Shown here: piece by piece, positions 8,370 through 18,307 of the stretch
Position numbering within the stretch: position 1 is the first letter of the stretch
Layout: each line of letters begins with the position of its first letter
DNA from: an uncultured Pseudomonadota bacterium
Lineage (GTDB): Bacteria > Pseudomonadota > Gammaproteobacteria > Steroidobacterales > Woeseiaceae
Assembly (NCBI GenBank): GCA_963775455.1
Contig: CAVZIU010000002.1
Coordinates: 340,729 to 404,728 of the forward strand
DNA: 64,000 nucleotides
Reading direction: 5' to 3'
Position numbers and translations under genes: made by a program
The notes under the pieces: generated by a model
Told to the model about the DNA's origin: nothing
The model's input: the letters and a program-made list of their open reading frames with translations, nothing else
Database searches by the model: none

Positions 8370-10526
8370 TCAGGCGCAGTCGCGAGTCACCCGGATCACA
8401 TTGGGCATTTTTCGCACGTTGCGCATGATCTGGGCGAGGTGTCGGCGATCCCGGACCAGCAGCTGGAAGGACAGCATGGAGCAGTCCTCATGGCGGCCCA
8501 GCACTTCCACTTGCTCGATGTTGGAACCGCAGTCGGCAATCGTGGCCGCGACCTCGGCCAGTACGCCGGTCTTGTTGCGTGTCTCGCACTGGATCTGGCT
8601 CGAGAACTCCCTCTCGATGCTCTGCTCCCATTCGACCGCGATCCATTTCTCCGGCTGTTTCCGGAAGTTGATCAGGTTGCCGCAGACATTGCGGTGTATG
8701 ACGACGCCGCGGCCCGAACTCAGATAGCCCATCACTTCGTCACCGGGGATCGGGTGACAGCACTTCGCGTAGCTGACCACCATCCCTTCCGTGCCGGCAA
8801 TCGTAAGACTTGCTTGCTTCGCAGCGGTGTCGCCGTCGACGGTGCTGCCGAGCAGGAAGCGCGCGGTCAGCGGGGCAAGTCGTTCGCCGAGTCCGATCTG
8901 CTCGTACAGCTCGGACGAGTTATTGAAGCCGAGTTCGGCAAGCGCGTCGCTCATACGCACCTTGCCGACCTTGCGCAGTGACGAATCGAGATCCTTCAAC
9001 GAGCGATCTAGAAGGCGCCGGCCGAGATCGATGGATTCGTTGGACCGCAGGTTCTTCATGTACTGCCGAATCGCGGTTCGGGCCTTCGCGGTGCGAACGA
9101 AAGTCAGCCAGTTTGGATTCGGATTTGCATTCCGGCTCGTGACGGCCTCCACAGTCTGCCCGTTTTGCAGTTGCGTACGCAGGGGCACCAGCGCTCGATC
9201 GATCTTGGCGGCGACCGTGTGATTGCCGATGTCCGTGTGCACCGCGTACGCGAAATCGACGGTGGTCGCTCCTTTCGGCAGCGGCATGATGTCTCCGTTG
9301 GGAGTGAAGACGTAGATCTTGTCAGGAAACAGGTCGACCTTGACACTCTCCAGGAATTCTTCGGACGAACCCGCCTTCTGAAGTTCGGCCAGCTTGGAGA
9401 GCCATTCACGGGCCCGGCGCTGCGGCGTTGCATCGATGCGATCTTCCGCCTTGTATTGCCAGTGCGCCGCCACGCCGGACTCGGCGACGCGATCCATGTG
9501 GCGAGTCCGAATCTGCACTTCGAGAGGCAGGCCTTTCGGGCCGAACAGCGTCGTGTGCAGCGACTGATAGCCATTGATCCGAGGAATTGCGATGTAGTCC
9601 TTGAAGCGGCCGGGCATCGGCTTGTACAGCCCGTGCACGACGCCGAGCACCTGATAGCAGGTGCTCACCTCGTCCACGATGATGCGGAAGCCGTACACGT
9701 CAACGACATCGGACAGCACGCGCTTCTTCTCGGCCATTTTCTTGTAGATGCTGTAGAGGTGTTTTTCCCGGCCGATGACTTCGGCAACGATGCCTTCGGC
9801 CTCGATGGCGCTCTCGAATTCCTCGGAGATACTCTTCACGATCTGCCGCTGGTCACCCTTGCTGCGCTTTCGTGCCTTGTCGAGCACGCGGTATCGCATC
9901 GGGTAGAGATACTTGAAGCCCAGGTCCTCGAGTTCGACCTTCATGCGGTTGATGCCGAGCCGGTTCGCGATCGGCGCATAAATGTCCAGCGTCTCGCGCG
10001 CGATCCGCCGGCGCTTTTCCGTCGGCATGGCATCGAGCGTCTGCATGTTGTGCAGCCGGTCCGCGAGCTTGACCAAGATCACGCGGATGTCCTCGATCAT
10101 TGCGAGCATCATCTTGCGAAAGCTCTCAGCCTGCGCTTCCGCGCGGCTGCGGAACTGGATCTGGTCGAGCTTGCTGACGCCATCGACGAGCAGTGCGATC
10201 TCGTCGCCGAACTTTTCGCGGATCTGCGTCAGCGATGCGTCGGTGTCCTCGACGACGTCGTGCAGGATGGCAGCCGATATGGCCTGCGCGTCGAGATGCA
10301 TGTTGGCGAGTTCGCGCGCGACCGCGACAGGATGGGTGATGTAGGGTTCGCCGGTCTTGCGTGTCTGGCCTTCGTGCGCGGCCGCCCCGAAGTCGTAGGC
10401 GCGCATGATCATGCCGACCTGGTCCTCGGGGAGGTAGGTTTGCAGCTGCGCGATCAGCCGCTCAAGACTGCGGTCGCGCTTGAGCGCGGCCGGCAGCTTC
10501 GCAAAGAGAGTGGCGGCATAGTCCAT
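8370..10526 (-). CDS. spoT: bifunctional (p)ppGpp synthetase/guanosine-3',5'-bis(diphosphate) 3'-pyrophosphohydrolase
   Basis: 718 aa with an HD hydrolase domain (YITHPVAVA...LHDVVEDT), a RelA/SpoT synthetase domain, and TGS and ACT-like C-terminal domains. It lies downstream of rpoZ. Confidence 0.95.
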   Translation of the reverse strand: MDYAATLFAKLPAALKRDRSLERLIAQLQTYLPEDQVGMIMRAYDFGAAAHEGQTRKTGEPYITHPVAVARELANMHLDAQAISAAILHDVVEDTDASLTQIREKFGDEIALLVDGVSKLDQIQFRSRAEAQAESFRKMMLAMIEDIRVILVKLADRLHNMQTLDAMPTEKRRRIARETLDIYAPIANRLGINRMKVELEDLGFKYLYPMRYRVLDKARKRSKGDQRQIVKSISEEFESAIEAEGIVAEVIGREKHLYSIYKKMAEKKRVLSDVVDVYGFRIIVDEVSTCYQVLGVVHGLYKPMPGRFKDYIAIPRINGYQSLHTTLFGPKGLPLEVQIRTRHMDRVAESGVAAHWQYKAEDRIDATPQRRAREWLSKLAELQKAGSSEEFLESVKVDLFPDKIYVFTPNGDIMPLPKGATTVDFAYAVHTDIGNHTVAAKIDRALVPLRTQLQNGQTVEAVTSRNANPNPNWLTFVRTAKARTAIRQYMKNLRSNESIDLGRRLLDRSLKDLDSSLRKVGKVRMSDALAELGFNNSSELYEQIGLGERLAPLTARFLLGSTVDGDTAAKQASLTIAGTEGMVVSYAKCCHPIPGDEVMGYLSSGRGVVIHRNVCGNLINFRKQPEKWIAVEWEQSIEREFSSQIQCETRNKTGVLAEVAATIADCGSNIEQVEVLGRHEDCSMLSFQLLVRDRRHLAQIMRNVRKMPNVIRVTRDCA

Positions 10527-10548
10527 GGAAGGATCATACCGCGCCGGA

Positions 10549-10833
10549 TCAGTCTCCGATGGAGATACCGCGCAGCGGCAGGATGTCGTCCGTCAGGTCC
10601 GGTTGCTGCATGAACTCCTCGGTGCGCGGTTGCTCGATCTCGTCGAGGATAGCCGGTGTTACGTGACCGGCCGCGATTTCGCGCAGGGCGATGACGGTAG
10701 GCTTGTCGTTCTCGAGGTCGACCATCGCCTCCGCGCCATGGGCCAGGCGACGTGCGCGCTTGGAGGCGACCAGAACCATTTCAAAAATATTTTCGATGTG
10801 GTCGAGACAATCCTCGACGGTGATGCGTGCCAT
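10549..10833 (-). CDS. rpoZ: DNA-directed RNA polymerase subunit omega
   Basis: The internal start gives [30 protein letters not shown]..., a canonical RpoZ N-terminus. The upstream 42 codons of the ORF-track ORF were discarded. Confidence 0.9.
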   Translation of the reverse strand: MARITVEDCLDHIENIFEMVLVASKRARRLAHGAEAMVDLENDKPTVIALREIAAGHVTPAILDEIEQPRTEEFMQQPDLTDDILPLRGISIGD

Positions 10834-10929
10834 GCGGATTCGCCTGCAGTCAGTGGGCCCGGAACGGGCGGGAGCGGCGCAGAGCTTGCGCAGCCGGCGT
10901 CCCGAGTGCCATCCCTTATAACAAAACGT

Positions 10930-10959
10930 TATATAAGTCGACTCAAGTAATTGAATCAA
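10930..10959 (-). promoter_or_regulatory. possible sigma70 promoter for rpoZ-spoT
   Basis: On the minus strand, TTGATT (10959-10954) is followed by an 18-nt spacer and TATATA (10935-10930). It sits in a short AT-rich patch about 90 nt upstream of rpoZ. This is a hexamer match only. Confidence 0.3.
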
Positions 10960-11531
10960 CTGGCGTTTTCCGTCGACACCCCGAGTCTTTCGAGCATGCT
11001 GGCCGCCGCGGCGCCGGCCGCCGCGCTGTCGTAACCGCTACGGCAATCGAGGTGTGCGACGCCACCATAGCGCATCCCGAGGTAGGCGAAAGTCTCCCGA
11101 AACGCGGCTTCGAAGGTTGCGGGCACGGCGGCGTAGACCGAAGTGCAGACGACGAAGGCGTGCTTGTCACGCAGGCGCCGGCCCCAGGGTATGAGTTCGG
11201 GCAGGTCGAGCAGGTCGGAGATACGGTCCAGGAACAGCTTCATCGGTGCCGCCGGCGCGTACCAGTACACCGGTGTGGCGAAGACGATCTGGTCGAAGTC
11301 CAGCAGGCGTTGCATGAGGGGCTCGAAGTCGTCGGCTCGGTTGCTGTGCTCATAGTCGTACGGCGCGATCGACAGGCCGGCGAGGTCCACGACTTCCATG
11401 CCGGCGGCGCCGGCGATCGTGTCGAGCAGGCGGCCGGTGTTGCCGTGCCGCCGGCCGCTCGCGAACAGTGCGATGGCGCTCGGCGCACCCGGCTTGCCGG
11501 GCCTGCCCTGTGTGTCGACTGCAGCGCTCAT
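10956..11531 (-). CDS. flavodoxin-like fold NAD(P)H-dependent oxidoreductase family protein
   Basis: 191 aa with ...[16 protein letters not shown]... and ...[22 protein letters not shown]..., typical of the FMN-reductase/flavodoxin-like fold. Its ATG overlaps the gmk stop (ATGA at 11528-11531). Confidence 0.65.
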   Translation of the reverse strand: MSAAVDTQGRPGKPGAPSAIALFASGRRHGNTGRLLDTIAGAAGMEVVDLAGLSIAPYDYEHSNRADDFEPLMQRLLDFDQIVFATPVYWYAPAAPMKLFLDRISDLLDLPELIPWGRRLRDKHAFVVCTSVYAAVPATFEAAFRETFAYLGMRYGGVAHLDCRSGYDSAAAGAAAASMLERLGVSTENAS

Positions 11532-12154
11532 CCGGACAGCAGCTTCGCGACGGCGCTGCGCAGCGCCGGGTTGCGGGTGGACGTGGCCGCGCCGCGCCCG
11601 TGCACGACCGCGAGCAGCCGCGCCACCGCATCCTCCAGGTCGTCGTTGATGACGACGTGGTCGAATTCGTGCCAGTGGCTCATATCGGCCAAGGCGTCCC
11701 GAAGCCGTCGCCGTATGACCTCTTCGCTGTCGGTGCCGCGTGAGCAGAGCCGGCGCTCGAGTTCAGCGATGGAGGGCGGCAGGATGAATATCGATATCGC
11801 CTCCGGCATCGCCTCGCGCACCTGGCGTGCGCCCTGCCAGTCGATCTCGAGGATGACGTCGTGGCCATTACCGAGATACCGTTCTACCTGCCGCCGGCTC
11901 GTGCCGTATAGATTGTCGAACACCTCCGCGGACTCGAGCATTTCGCCGGCCACGCGCAAGCGCTCGAATTCCTCGCGATTCACGAAAATGTAGTCGACGT
12001 TGTTTGCCTCGTTCGCTCGCCGATTGCGCGTCGTGTACGAAATCGAAAACCGGAACTCAGGTATGTGCGTGACGAGCGCGTGCACGAGCGTCGTCTTGCC
12101 GGCACCCGAAGGCGCCGCAATGACGAACAGGCGCGGCCGGTTATCACTCGACAT
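11528..12154 (-). CDS. gmk: guanylate kinase
   Basis: P-loop (APSGAGKTTL) and the guanylate kinase motif (SISYTTRNRRANE). Confidence 0.95.
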   Translation of the reverse strand: MSSDNRPRLFVIAAPSGAGKTTLVHALVTHIPEFRFSISYTTRNRRANEANNVDYIFVNREEFERLRVAGEMLESAEVFDNLYGTSRRQVERYLGNGHDVILEIDWQGARQVREAMPEAISIFILPPSIAELERRLCSRGTDSEEVIRRRLRDALADMSHWHEFDHVVINDDLEDAVARLLAVVHGRGAATSTRNPALRSAVAKLLSG

Positions 12155-13010
12155 TCTGGATCTGCTCGCGCATTTGCTCGATGAGTACCTTGAGATCCAC
12201 CGCGGCCCGCGTCGTTTCGGTGTCGGCGGACTTGGAGCCGAGCGTGTTCGCCTCCCGGTTCAGTTCCTGCATCAGGAAGTCCAGGCGCCGGCCGACCGGC
12301 TCGGTCGCCGCCAGGGAATCACGAATTTCGCGTACGTGACTTTCGAGGCGGTCGAGTTCTTCCTCGACGTCCAGCTTTTGTGCTATGAGCGCAAGTTCGA
12401 CCTCGAGGCGTTCCGGGTCCGCATCGAGCTCGAGTTTCGCGAGCCGGTCGCGCTGCCGGTTGTGGGTCGCTTCGAGCACGGCCGGCATGCGCGCGCGCAC
12501 CGCGGTAGCGATGCGCAGAATCTCTGTGCAGCGCGCGTCTATCAGTTCGCCAATGCGGCCGCCTTCCGCCCGGCGCATCGCCTCCAGCGCATCAAGCGCG
12601 ATCTCCAGCAGGCCCGCAGCGGAACCGGCGAGGGCCTCGCTGTCCGACTCCACCGACTGGATTACGCCGGGCCAGCGCAACAGGTCCATCGGGTCCACGG
12701 CCGCGGGTTCATCGAGTGCCGAGGAAATTTCCGCCAGGCGTCGGGCGAGCAGCGAAATGAGTCCCTTGTCGAGGCGCAGGTCATTGTCGGCATCGAACGC
12801 GCGCCCGAAATGCAGCATGCACTCGACTTTGCCGCGTTTCAGGCGATCGCCGACCTGCTGGCGCATCTGTGGCTCGCTCGCACGCAGTTCGTCCGGCACC
12901 TTGAATTGCACATCGAGGTAGCGGTGGTTGACCGCTCGTAACTCCCAGGTCAGCGCACCAAGCGAAGACTCCGCAGACGCTCGCGCAAAGCCGGTCATAC
13001 TGTGTAACAT
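12144..13010 (-). CDS. yicC: YicC family stress-induced protein
   Basis: 288 aa with MLHSMTGFARA...WELRAVNHRYLD... and C-terminal EANTLGSKS...IEQMREQIQNVE, as in YicC. Confidence 0.9.
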   Translation of the reverse strand: MLHSMTGFARASAESSLGALTWELRAVNHRYLDVQFKVPDELRASEPQMRQQVGDRLKRGKVECMLHFGRAFDADNDLRLDKGLISLLARRLAEISSALDEPAAVDPMDLLRWPGVIQSVESDSEALAGSAAGLLEIALDALEAMRRAEGGRIGELIDARCTEILRIATAVRARMPAVLEATHNRQRDRLAKLELDADPERLEVELALIAQKLDVEEELDRLESHVREIRDSLAATEPVGRRLDFLMQELNREANTLGSKSADTETTRAAVDLKVLIEQMREQIQNVE

Positions 13011-13100
13011 CTGCGTCCTTCTCCCATTACGCCGGGTGGGTCACGCCGATCGCGGGCCCGGTACCAGATATTAGAAGGCCGGGAGGCCGAACGAAACTAC

Positions 13101-13847
13101 ATGCAGGTCGAATACGCCAAGGTCTCCGCGCTCGGTGACCGGCAGGACAACCAGGACCGTGGTGCGATCGTCGTCGCCGACGCCGCCGCGATGCTGCTGG
13201 TTTTCGATGGCATGGGCGGTCATTCCGACGGAGCGCGCGCCGCCGAGACCGCGCTCAAAGTGGTGCAGGACATGTTTACTTCCGCGCCGCTGCCGATACT
13301 CGACCCGCAGGGCTTCCTGTACGGCGTGCTGGCGCGGGCGCACGATGCCGTGGTCGCGCTTGGTCGTGAGCTCGCAGTCGACTTTCGCCCACGAGCCACC
13401 TGTGCGATCTGCCTGGTTCAGGAAAGCGGGTCCTTTTGGGCGCATATCGGCGACAGCCGCATCTACCTGGTGCGCAACAACAAGGTGCTCAAGCGTTCGC
13501 GGGATCACAGCCACGTCGAAGTTCTGATCCAGGAAGGCGCGATCAGCGAGGAGGAGGCGCAAGACCACCCGATGCGGAACTTCGTCGAATGCTGCCTGGG
13601 TGGCGACGCGCCCGTACCGGACATGACGATTACGTCAAAACTGCGCCTGGAGCCCGGCGACGTGCTGCTGGTGTGTTCCGACGGTTTGTGGTCGGGACTC
13701 GGCGACGACGACATGGCGACGATAGGCCTGCCTGGTGAAAACAAGCTTGCAGACAACCTCAAGTCGCTGAGCCTGAAAGCATTGAATGCCAACTCGCCAT
13801 ACAGCGACAATACCACCGGGGCGGCGCTCCGGTGGCTCGGCCCCTGA
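13101..13847 (+). CDS. PP2C-family serine/threonine protein phosphatase
   Basis: PP2C motifs are present ([42 protein letters not shown]). Confidence 0.85.
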   Translation: MQVEYAKVSALGDRQDNQDRGAIVVADAAAMLLVFDGMGGHSDGARAAETALKVVQDMFTSAPLPILDPQGFLYGVLARAHDAVVALGRELAVDFRPRATCAICLVQESGSFWAHIGDSRIYLVRNNKVLKRSRDHSHVEVLIQEGAISEEEAQDHPMRNFVECCLGGDAPVPDMTITSKLRLEPGDVLLVCSDGLWSGLGDDDMATIGLPGENKLADNLKSLSLKALNANSPYSDNTTGAALRWLGP

Positions 13848-13869
13848 GCCCGACCGGGAGGAGACACCG

Positions 13870-14595
13870 ATGCGACCCAGCGGCCGTGGCGCGGACGAGA
13901 TTCGTCTCGTCAGGTTTACGCCGGATTTCACGCGGCATGCCGAAGGCAGCGTGCTGGCGGAGTTCGGCGATACGCGCGTGCTGTGCACGGCGTCGGTCGA
14001 ACCGCGCGTCCCGGCGTGGATGCGCAACCAGGGCAGCGGCTGGGTCACAGGCGAGTACGGCATGTTACCGCGCTCCACCCATACCCGTTCGGCGCGAGAG
14101 GCTGCGCGCGGGAGACAGAGCGGCCGCACGATGGAAATATCACGCCTCATCGGGCGCGCGCTGCGCGCCGTCACCGACCTCGATGCCCTGGGCGAGCATA
14201 CGATCACGCTCGATTGCGACGTGTTGCAGGCGGATGGCGGCACGCGCACCGCATCGATCAGCGGCGCCTATGTCGCTCTGGCTATCGCGACCCGCCGACT
14301 GTGCGCCGCCCGCAAGCTGAAGCGTGACCCCGTGCACGGCCAGGTGGCGGCGATCTCGGTCGGAATCTTTCGTGGCGTACCGGTGCTGGACCTCGACTAC
14401 ATCGAGGACGCCGAAGCGGAAACGGACATGAACGTCGTAATGAACGAAGCGGGGGGCTACATCGAATTGCAGGGCACCGCCGAGGGCCACGCATTCAGTC
14501 CCAACGAACTCCAAGACCTGCTCGGTCTGGCGCGTACCGGCGTCGGGCACGTCGTAGAGCAGCAGAGACTCGCGCTCGCCGCTGCGGCCGAATGA
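13870..14595 (+). CDS. rph: ribonuclease PH
   Basis: The internal start gives [43 protein letters not shown]..., with a GGGAGGAG RBS just upstream. Confidence 0.95.
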   Translation: MRPSGRGADEIRLVRFTPDFTRHAEGSVLAEFGDTRVLCTASVEPRVPAWMRNQGSGWVTGEYGMLPRSTHTRSAREAARGRQSGRTMEISRLIGRALRAVTDLDALGEHTITLDCDVLQADGGTRTASISGAYVALAIATRRLCAARKLKRDPVHGQVAAISVGIFRGVPVLDLDYIEDAEAETDMNVVMNEAGGYIELQGTAEGHAFSPNELQDLLGLARTGVGHVVEQQRLALAAAAE

Positions 14596-14608
14596 AGGCG
14601 GGCTGCGC

Positions 14609-15208
14609 ATGAATCTCCCAACGACCGTCGTACTCGCCAGCAACAACGCCGGCAAGCGACGTGAAATCGAGAGCCTGCTCGCGCACCTCGCCTTTACTAT
14701 AGTGCCGCAGTCCGACTACGGCATCGAGGACATCGAGGAAACAGGCACGACGTTCGAAGCAAATGCGATCATCAAGGCGCGGCATGCGATGAACGCCACA
14801 GGCCTGCCGGCGATCGCCGACGATTCGGGCCTCGCGGTCGACGCGCTCGGCGGCCGCCCCGGCGTGTATTCGGCACGCTACGCCGGCGCTCGCGCCAGCG
14901 ACGACGACAACATCGACCTGCTGCTCGCCGAACTTGGCGATCGTGACCAGCGCGGCGCCGCGTTTCACTGCGTTGCCTGTTTCGTGGCGCCGGACCTCGA
15001 TGAACCGATCATCGCGCACGGTGTCTGGCGCGGCGAAATCCTCCGGGAACGGCGTGGTACGGCCGGCTTTGGCTACGACCCTGTGTTCCTCGATCCGACC
15101 AGCGGCCTCGCCTCCGCCGAACTGACGCCGGACGAAAAGAATGCACGCAGTCATCGCGGTATCGCGCTGCGCGAGCTTGCCGGAAAACTCGCCGCTCGCT
15201 ACGGATAG
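14609..15208 (+). CDS. rdgB: non-canonical purine NTP pyrophosphatase RdgB/HAM1
   Basis: Ham1 family features (VLASNNAGKRREI..., FGYDPVF, SHRGIA). It follows rph, as in many proteobacteria. Confidence 0.9.
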   Translation: MNLPTTVVLASNNAGKRREIESLLAHLAFTIVPQSDYGIEDIEETGTTFEANAIIKARHAMNATGLPAIADDSGLAVDALGGRPGVYSARYAGARASDDDNIDLLLAELGDRDQRGAAFHCVACFVAPDLDEPIIAHGVWRGEILRERRGTAGFGYDPVFLDPTSGLASAELTPDEKNARSHRGIALRELAGKLAARYG

Positions 15209-16362
15209 TGACTGTGTCGCCGCCGCTTTCGCTGTACGTGCATTTGCCCTGGTGCGTGCGCAAATGCCCGTACTGTGACTTCAATTCGTACACGGCCGGC
15301 GCCGTGCCGCCGAAGTCCCGTTACCTCGATGCATTGAGAAAGGACCTGGAACTCGAGTCGGTGCGCGTGCGGGAGCGACAACTGATCAGCGTGTTCCTGG
15401 GTGGCGGGACACCAAGTTTCTTCTCGCCGGCGGAGATCGGCCGGATCCTCGACACGGTGACCGCCCGTTTTCGTCTTGCCGCCGACGCGGAGATCACGAT
15501 GGAAGCGAACCCCGGCACCGTCGAGTGCGGGGCACCCGCGGGTTACCGCGCCGCGGGGGTGAACCGGCTGTCGATCGGCGTGCAGTCTTTTTCGCCGGCA
15601 ATGCTCACCGTGCTCGGCCGCATCCATACGCCGGCCGACGTCTACCGCGCCGTCGACGAGGCCCGGCGCGCCGGCTTCGACCGGGGACTGAATCTGGATC
15701 TCATGTTCGCGTTGCCGGGCCAGGATGATGCCGGAGCGCTCGCGGATCTCCGGGAAGCGCTGGCGCTGGAACCGGACCATCTGTCCTGGTACCAACTCAC
15801 GCTCGAGCCCAACACTGTGTTTCACGCGCGACCACCGAGCGGACTGCCGGACGACGAACTGGCAGCCGACATCCAGGAGGCGGGTCGTGCGCTGCTCGGC
15901 AGCCGCGGGTACGAGAATTACGAGGTTTCCGCGTACGCCCGCGCGGGCGCCCGCTCGCTTCACAACCTCAATTACTGGACGTTCGGCGACTACGTCGCCG
16001 CCGGGGCAGGCGCGCACGGCAAGCTGACCACTGGCGCCGGAGTCCATCGCTATGCCAAGCCCGCGAATCCCCTCTCCTATATGGAGGATGCCGAGCGCCG
16101 CGACCTGGCGACGCCCCTGGGTCCGGCCCTGCCCGAGGCGGAGCGCCTGTTCGAGTTCATGCTCAACGGCCTGAGGTTGCCGGCGGGCTTCGACGAGGCC
16201 CTGTTCGAGGCGCGCACCGGGCTCGGCGCCGCGGCTCTCTCAGACCGGGCCGCAGGGGCGGTCCGCCGGGGCTTGCTCGAGCGCTCGAATGGCGGCCGGT
16301 GGCGGCCCACAGGCCTCGGCGCGAGGTTTCTCAATGACCTACAGGCGGAGTTTTTGCCCTAG
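15208..16362 (+). CDS. hemW: radical SAM family heme chaperone HemW
   Basis: CVRKCPYCDF radical-SAM cluster and a HemN-like C-terminal domain. It follows rdgB. Confidence 0.9.
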   Translation: MTVSPPLSLYVHLPWCVRKCPYCDFNSYTAGAVPPKSRYLDALRKDLELESVRVRERQLISVFLGGGTPSFFSPAEIGRILDTVTARFRLAADAEITMEANPGTVECGAPAGYRAAGVNRLSIGVQSFSPAMLTVLGRIHTPADVYRAVDEARRAGFDRGLNLDLMFALPGQDDAGALADLREALALEPDHLSWYQLTLEPNTVFHARPPSGLPDDELAADIQEAGRALLGSRGYENYEVSAYARAGARSLHNLNYWTFGDYVAAGAGAHGKLTTGAGVHRYAKPANPLSYMEDAERRDLATPLGPALPEAERLFEFMLNGLRLPAGFDEALFEARTGLGAAALSDRAAGAVRRGLLERSNGGRWRPTGLGARFLNDLQAEFLP

Positions 16363-16365
16363 CAT

Positions 16366-16374
16366 TTATGCACA
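16366..16374 (+). promoter_or_regulatory. DnaA box (TTATGCACA)
   Basis: Exact match to the TTATNCACA consensus, 4 nt after the hemW stop codon. Confidence 0.4.
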
Positions 16375-16554
16375 AGGCGGGGTGCAGCCTGATTTTTTCG
16401 TGCAAAAGGCCAATGTATTCAGTCAGAGGCTGGAGAATCGCTTGTAATTACATGATTTTCAAGCATTTCACAAAATGGCCACAAAATAGTCATATCGTTT
16501 GGCTGCTTTGTAAATCCGGGCCTTAGGGCATTGGTTCAATTTTGGTCCACAACT

Positions 16555-16577
16555 TTATCCACAGCTTCTGTGGATAA
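16555..16577. promoter_or_regulatory. inverted pair of perfect DnaA boxes
   Basis: TTATCCACA-gcttc-TGTGGATAA: two 9/9 DnaA-box matches in head-to-head orientation with a 5-nt spacer. They sit in the AT-rich hemW-rpmE spacer. A 7/9 box, TGGTCCACA, lies at 16543-16551. Confidence 0.5.
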
Positions 16578-16599
16578 TTGAAAGCGCTTTTAGCGGGGC

Positions 16600-16628
16600 T
16601 TGCCGCCCCCCTTGCTTCCCGATATATT
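16600..16628 (+). promoter_or_regulatory. possible sigma70 promoter of rpmE
   Basis: TTGCCG (16600-16605), a 17-nt spacer, then TATATT (16623-16628), about 40 nt upstream of the rpmE ATG. Confidence 0.35.
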
Positions 16629-16670
16629 ACGCGGCCTTTTGGCGCGGCGAGCGCCGCGGAGAGCCCCGCA

Positions 16671-16871
16671 ATGAAAGCCGAAATCCATCCCGAATATCGC
16701 GAGATCAAGGTCACGTGCAGTTGCGGCAACGAGTTCACGACCCGCTCCACGCTCGGCGACGATCTGCTGATCGAAGTGTGCTCTTCCTGTCATCCGTTCT
16801 ACACGGGCAAGCAAAAGATCGTCGATTCCGGCGGTCGCGTGGACAAGTTCCGCAAGAAGTACAACCGGTAG
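16671..16871 (+). CDS. rpmE: 50S ribosomal protein L31
   Basis: The internal start gives [28 protein letters not shown]...[13 protein letters not shown], a Zn-ribbon (type A) L31. Confidence 0.95.
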   Translation: MKAEIHPEYREIKVTCSCGNEFTTRSTLGDDLLIEVCSSCHPFYTGKQKIVDSGGRVDKFRKKYNR

Positions 16872-16921
16872 TCCCCGGCGTCCGGGCTGCGACCCGGTTC
16901 TGATATGCTCCTATGGCTGTC

Positions 16922-16952
16922 TGCCGGTCGACGCACGACGACCGGCATTTTT
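16922..16952 (+). terminator. rho-independent terminator after rpmE
   Basis: A 9-bp perfect stem, TGCCGGTCG (16922-16930) with CGACCGGCA (16939-16947), an 8-nt loop, then TTTTT. Confidence 0.7.
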
Positions 16953-16995
16953 CTGCGAGGCCTCGCCGAAGATCCGCACAAGACAACAAAAGAGG

Positions 16996-18297
16996 ATGAC
17001 TATGAGCCAGGACGCTTTTCGCCTGACGAGTCCTGACGGGACCGAACTCGACCTGCCGATTCTCAAGGGCACCTGCGGGCCCGATGTCATCGACATAGGT
17101 GCGCTCTACCGGGAACAGGGCGTTTTCACCTATGACCTCGGCCTGGTGTCGACCGGAAGTTGCGCGTCCGAAATCACCTTCATCGATGGCGAGAAGGGTG
17201 TACTGATGTACCGGGGCTACCCGGTCGAACAGCTCGCCGAGCATTCCAATTTCATCGAGGTAGCCTACCTGTTGCTGCACGGGGAACTGCCGACGGCTGA
17301 CGACCTCGAGCACTTTGACCGCACCATCCGCACGCACACCATGCTCAACGAGGGCATGCTGCGCTTCTTCAACGGATTCCGTTATGACGCCCACCCGATG
17401 GCAATGCTGTCGGCCGTGGTCGGATCGATGTCCGCGTACTACCATGACACGACGGACGTGTCGGACCCGGAGCATCGTGACATATTCGCGCACCGGATCC
17501 TCGCGAAGTTGCCGACGATTGCGGCCGCCGCCTACAAGCTCAATGTCGGCCAGCCGTTCATGTACCCGCGCAACGATCTCAATTACTGCGAGAACCTGCT
17601 GCACATGTTTTTCGCGGTGCCGGCCGAGCCCTACGAGATCGATCCCGTCGCCGCCGAGGCTCTCGACCTCCTGTTCATACTGCATGCCGACCACGAGCAG
17701 AATTGTTCGACGTCGACGGTGCGAATGGCGGGGAGCTCCGGCGCCAATCCTTACTCTGCAATCGCCGCCGGCATCTCGGCGCTCTGGGGCCCGGCGCACG
17801 GTGGCGCCAACGAAGCGGTGCTCGACATGCTGGAGGAGATCGGCGATGCCAGCCAGATCGGCAAGTACCTGGCAAAGGCGAAGAACAAGAACGACCCGTT
17901 CCGGCTGATGGGCTTCGGCCATCGCGTGTACAAGAACTACGATCCGCGCGCCACGATCATCCGCGAGATGTGTTACAAGGTCCTGAAGAAACTCGGCCGT
18001 CAGGACACGCCGCTGTTTGACCTCGCTCTGGAACTCGAACGGGTCGCACTGAAGGACGAGTACTTCATCGAAAAAAACCTGTACCCGAACGTCGACTTCT
18101 ATTCCGGCATCATCTACCGGGCGCTCGGCATCCCGACTTCCATGTTCACGGTGATGTTCGCGATCGGCCGCTCGGTTGGCTGGACGGCGCACTGGCGGGA
18201 GATGATCTCCGACCCGAAGGGCAAGATCAGCCGCCCGCGCCAGCTTTACACCGGCTCCCCGCAGCGCAACTACAAACCGATTCACCAACGCGCTTAG
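16996..18297 (+). CDS. gltA: citrate synthase
   Basis: 433 aa with citrate synthase signatures ([14 protein letters not shown] and [14 protein letters not shown]). Confidence 0.95.
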   Translation: MTMSQDAFRLTSPDGTELDLPILKGTCGPDVIDIGALYREQGVFTYDLGLVSTGSCASEITFIDGEKGVLMYRGYPVEQLAEHSNFIEVAYLLLHGELPTADDLEHFDRTIRTHTMLNEGMLRFFNGFRYDAHPMAMLSAVVGSMSAYYHDTTDVSDPEHRDIFAHRILAKLPTIAAAAYKLNVGQPFMYPRNDLNYCENLLHMFFAVPAEPYEIDPVAAEALDLLFILHADHEQNCSTSTVRMAGSSGANPYSAIAAGISALWGPAHGGANEAVLDMLEEIGDASQIGKYLAKAKNKNDPFRLMGFGHRVYKNYDPRATIIREMCYKVLKKLGRQDTPLFDLALELERVALKDEYFIEKNLYPNVDFYSGIIYRALGIPTSMFTVMFAIGRSVGWTAHWREMISDPKGKISRPRQLYTGSPQRNYKPIHQRA

Positions 18298-18307
18298 GAG
18301 CAGCTGA

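Noticed and set aside
16363-16670. The AT-rich DnaA-box region as the chromosomal origin, oriC.
   Set aside because: It has only three good boxes, no dnaA/dnaN/gidA/rpmH context, and no clear array of 13-mer-type unwinding repeats. I keep it as a DnaA-binding regulatory or DARS-like candidate only.
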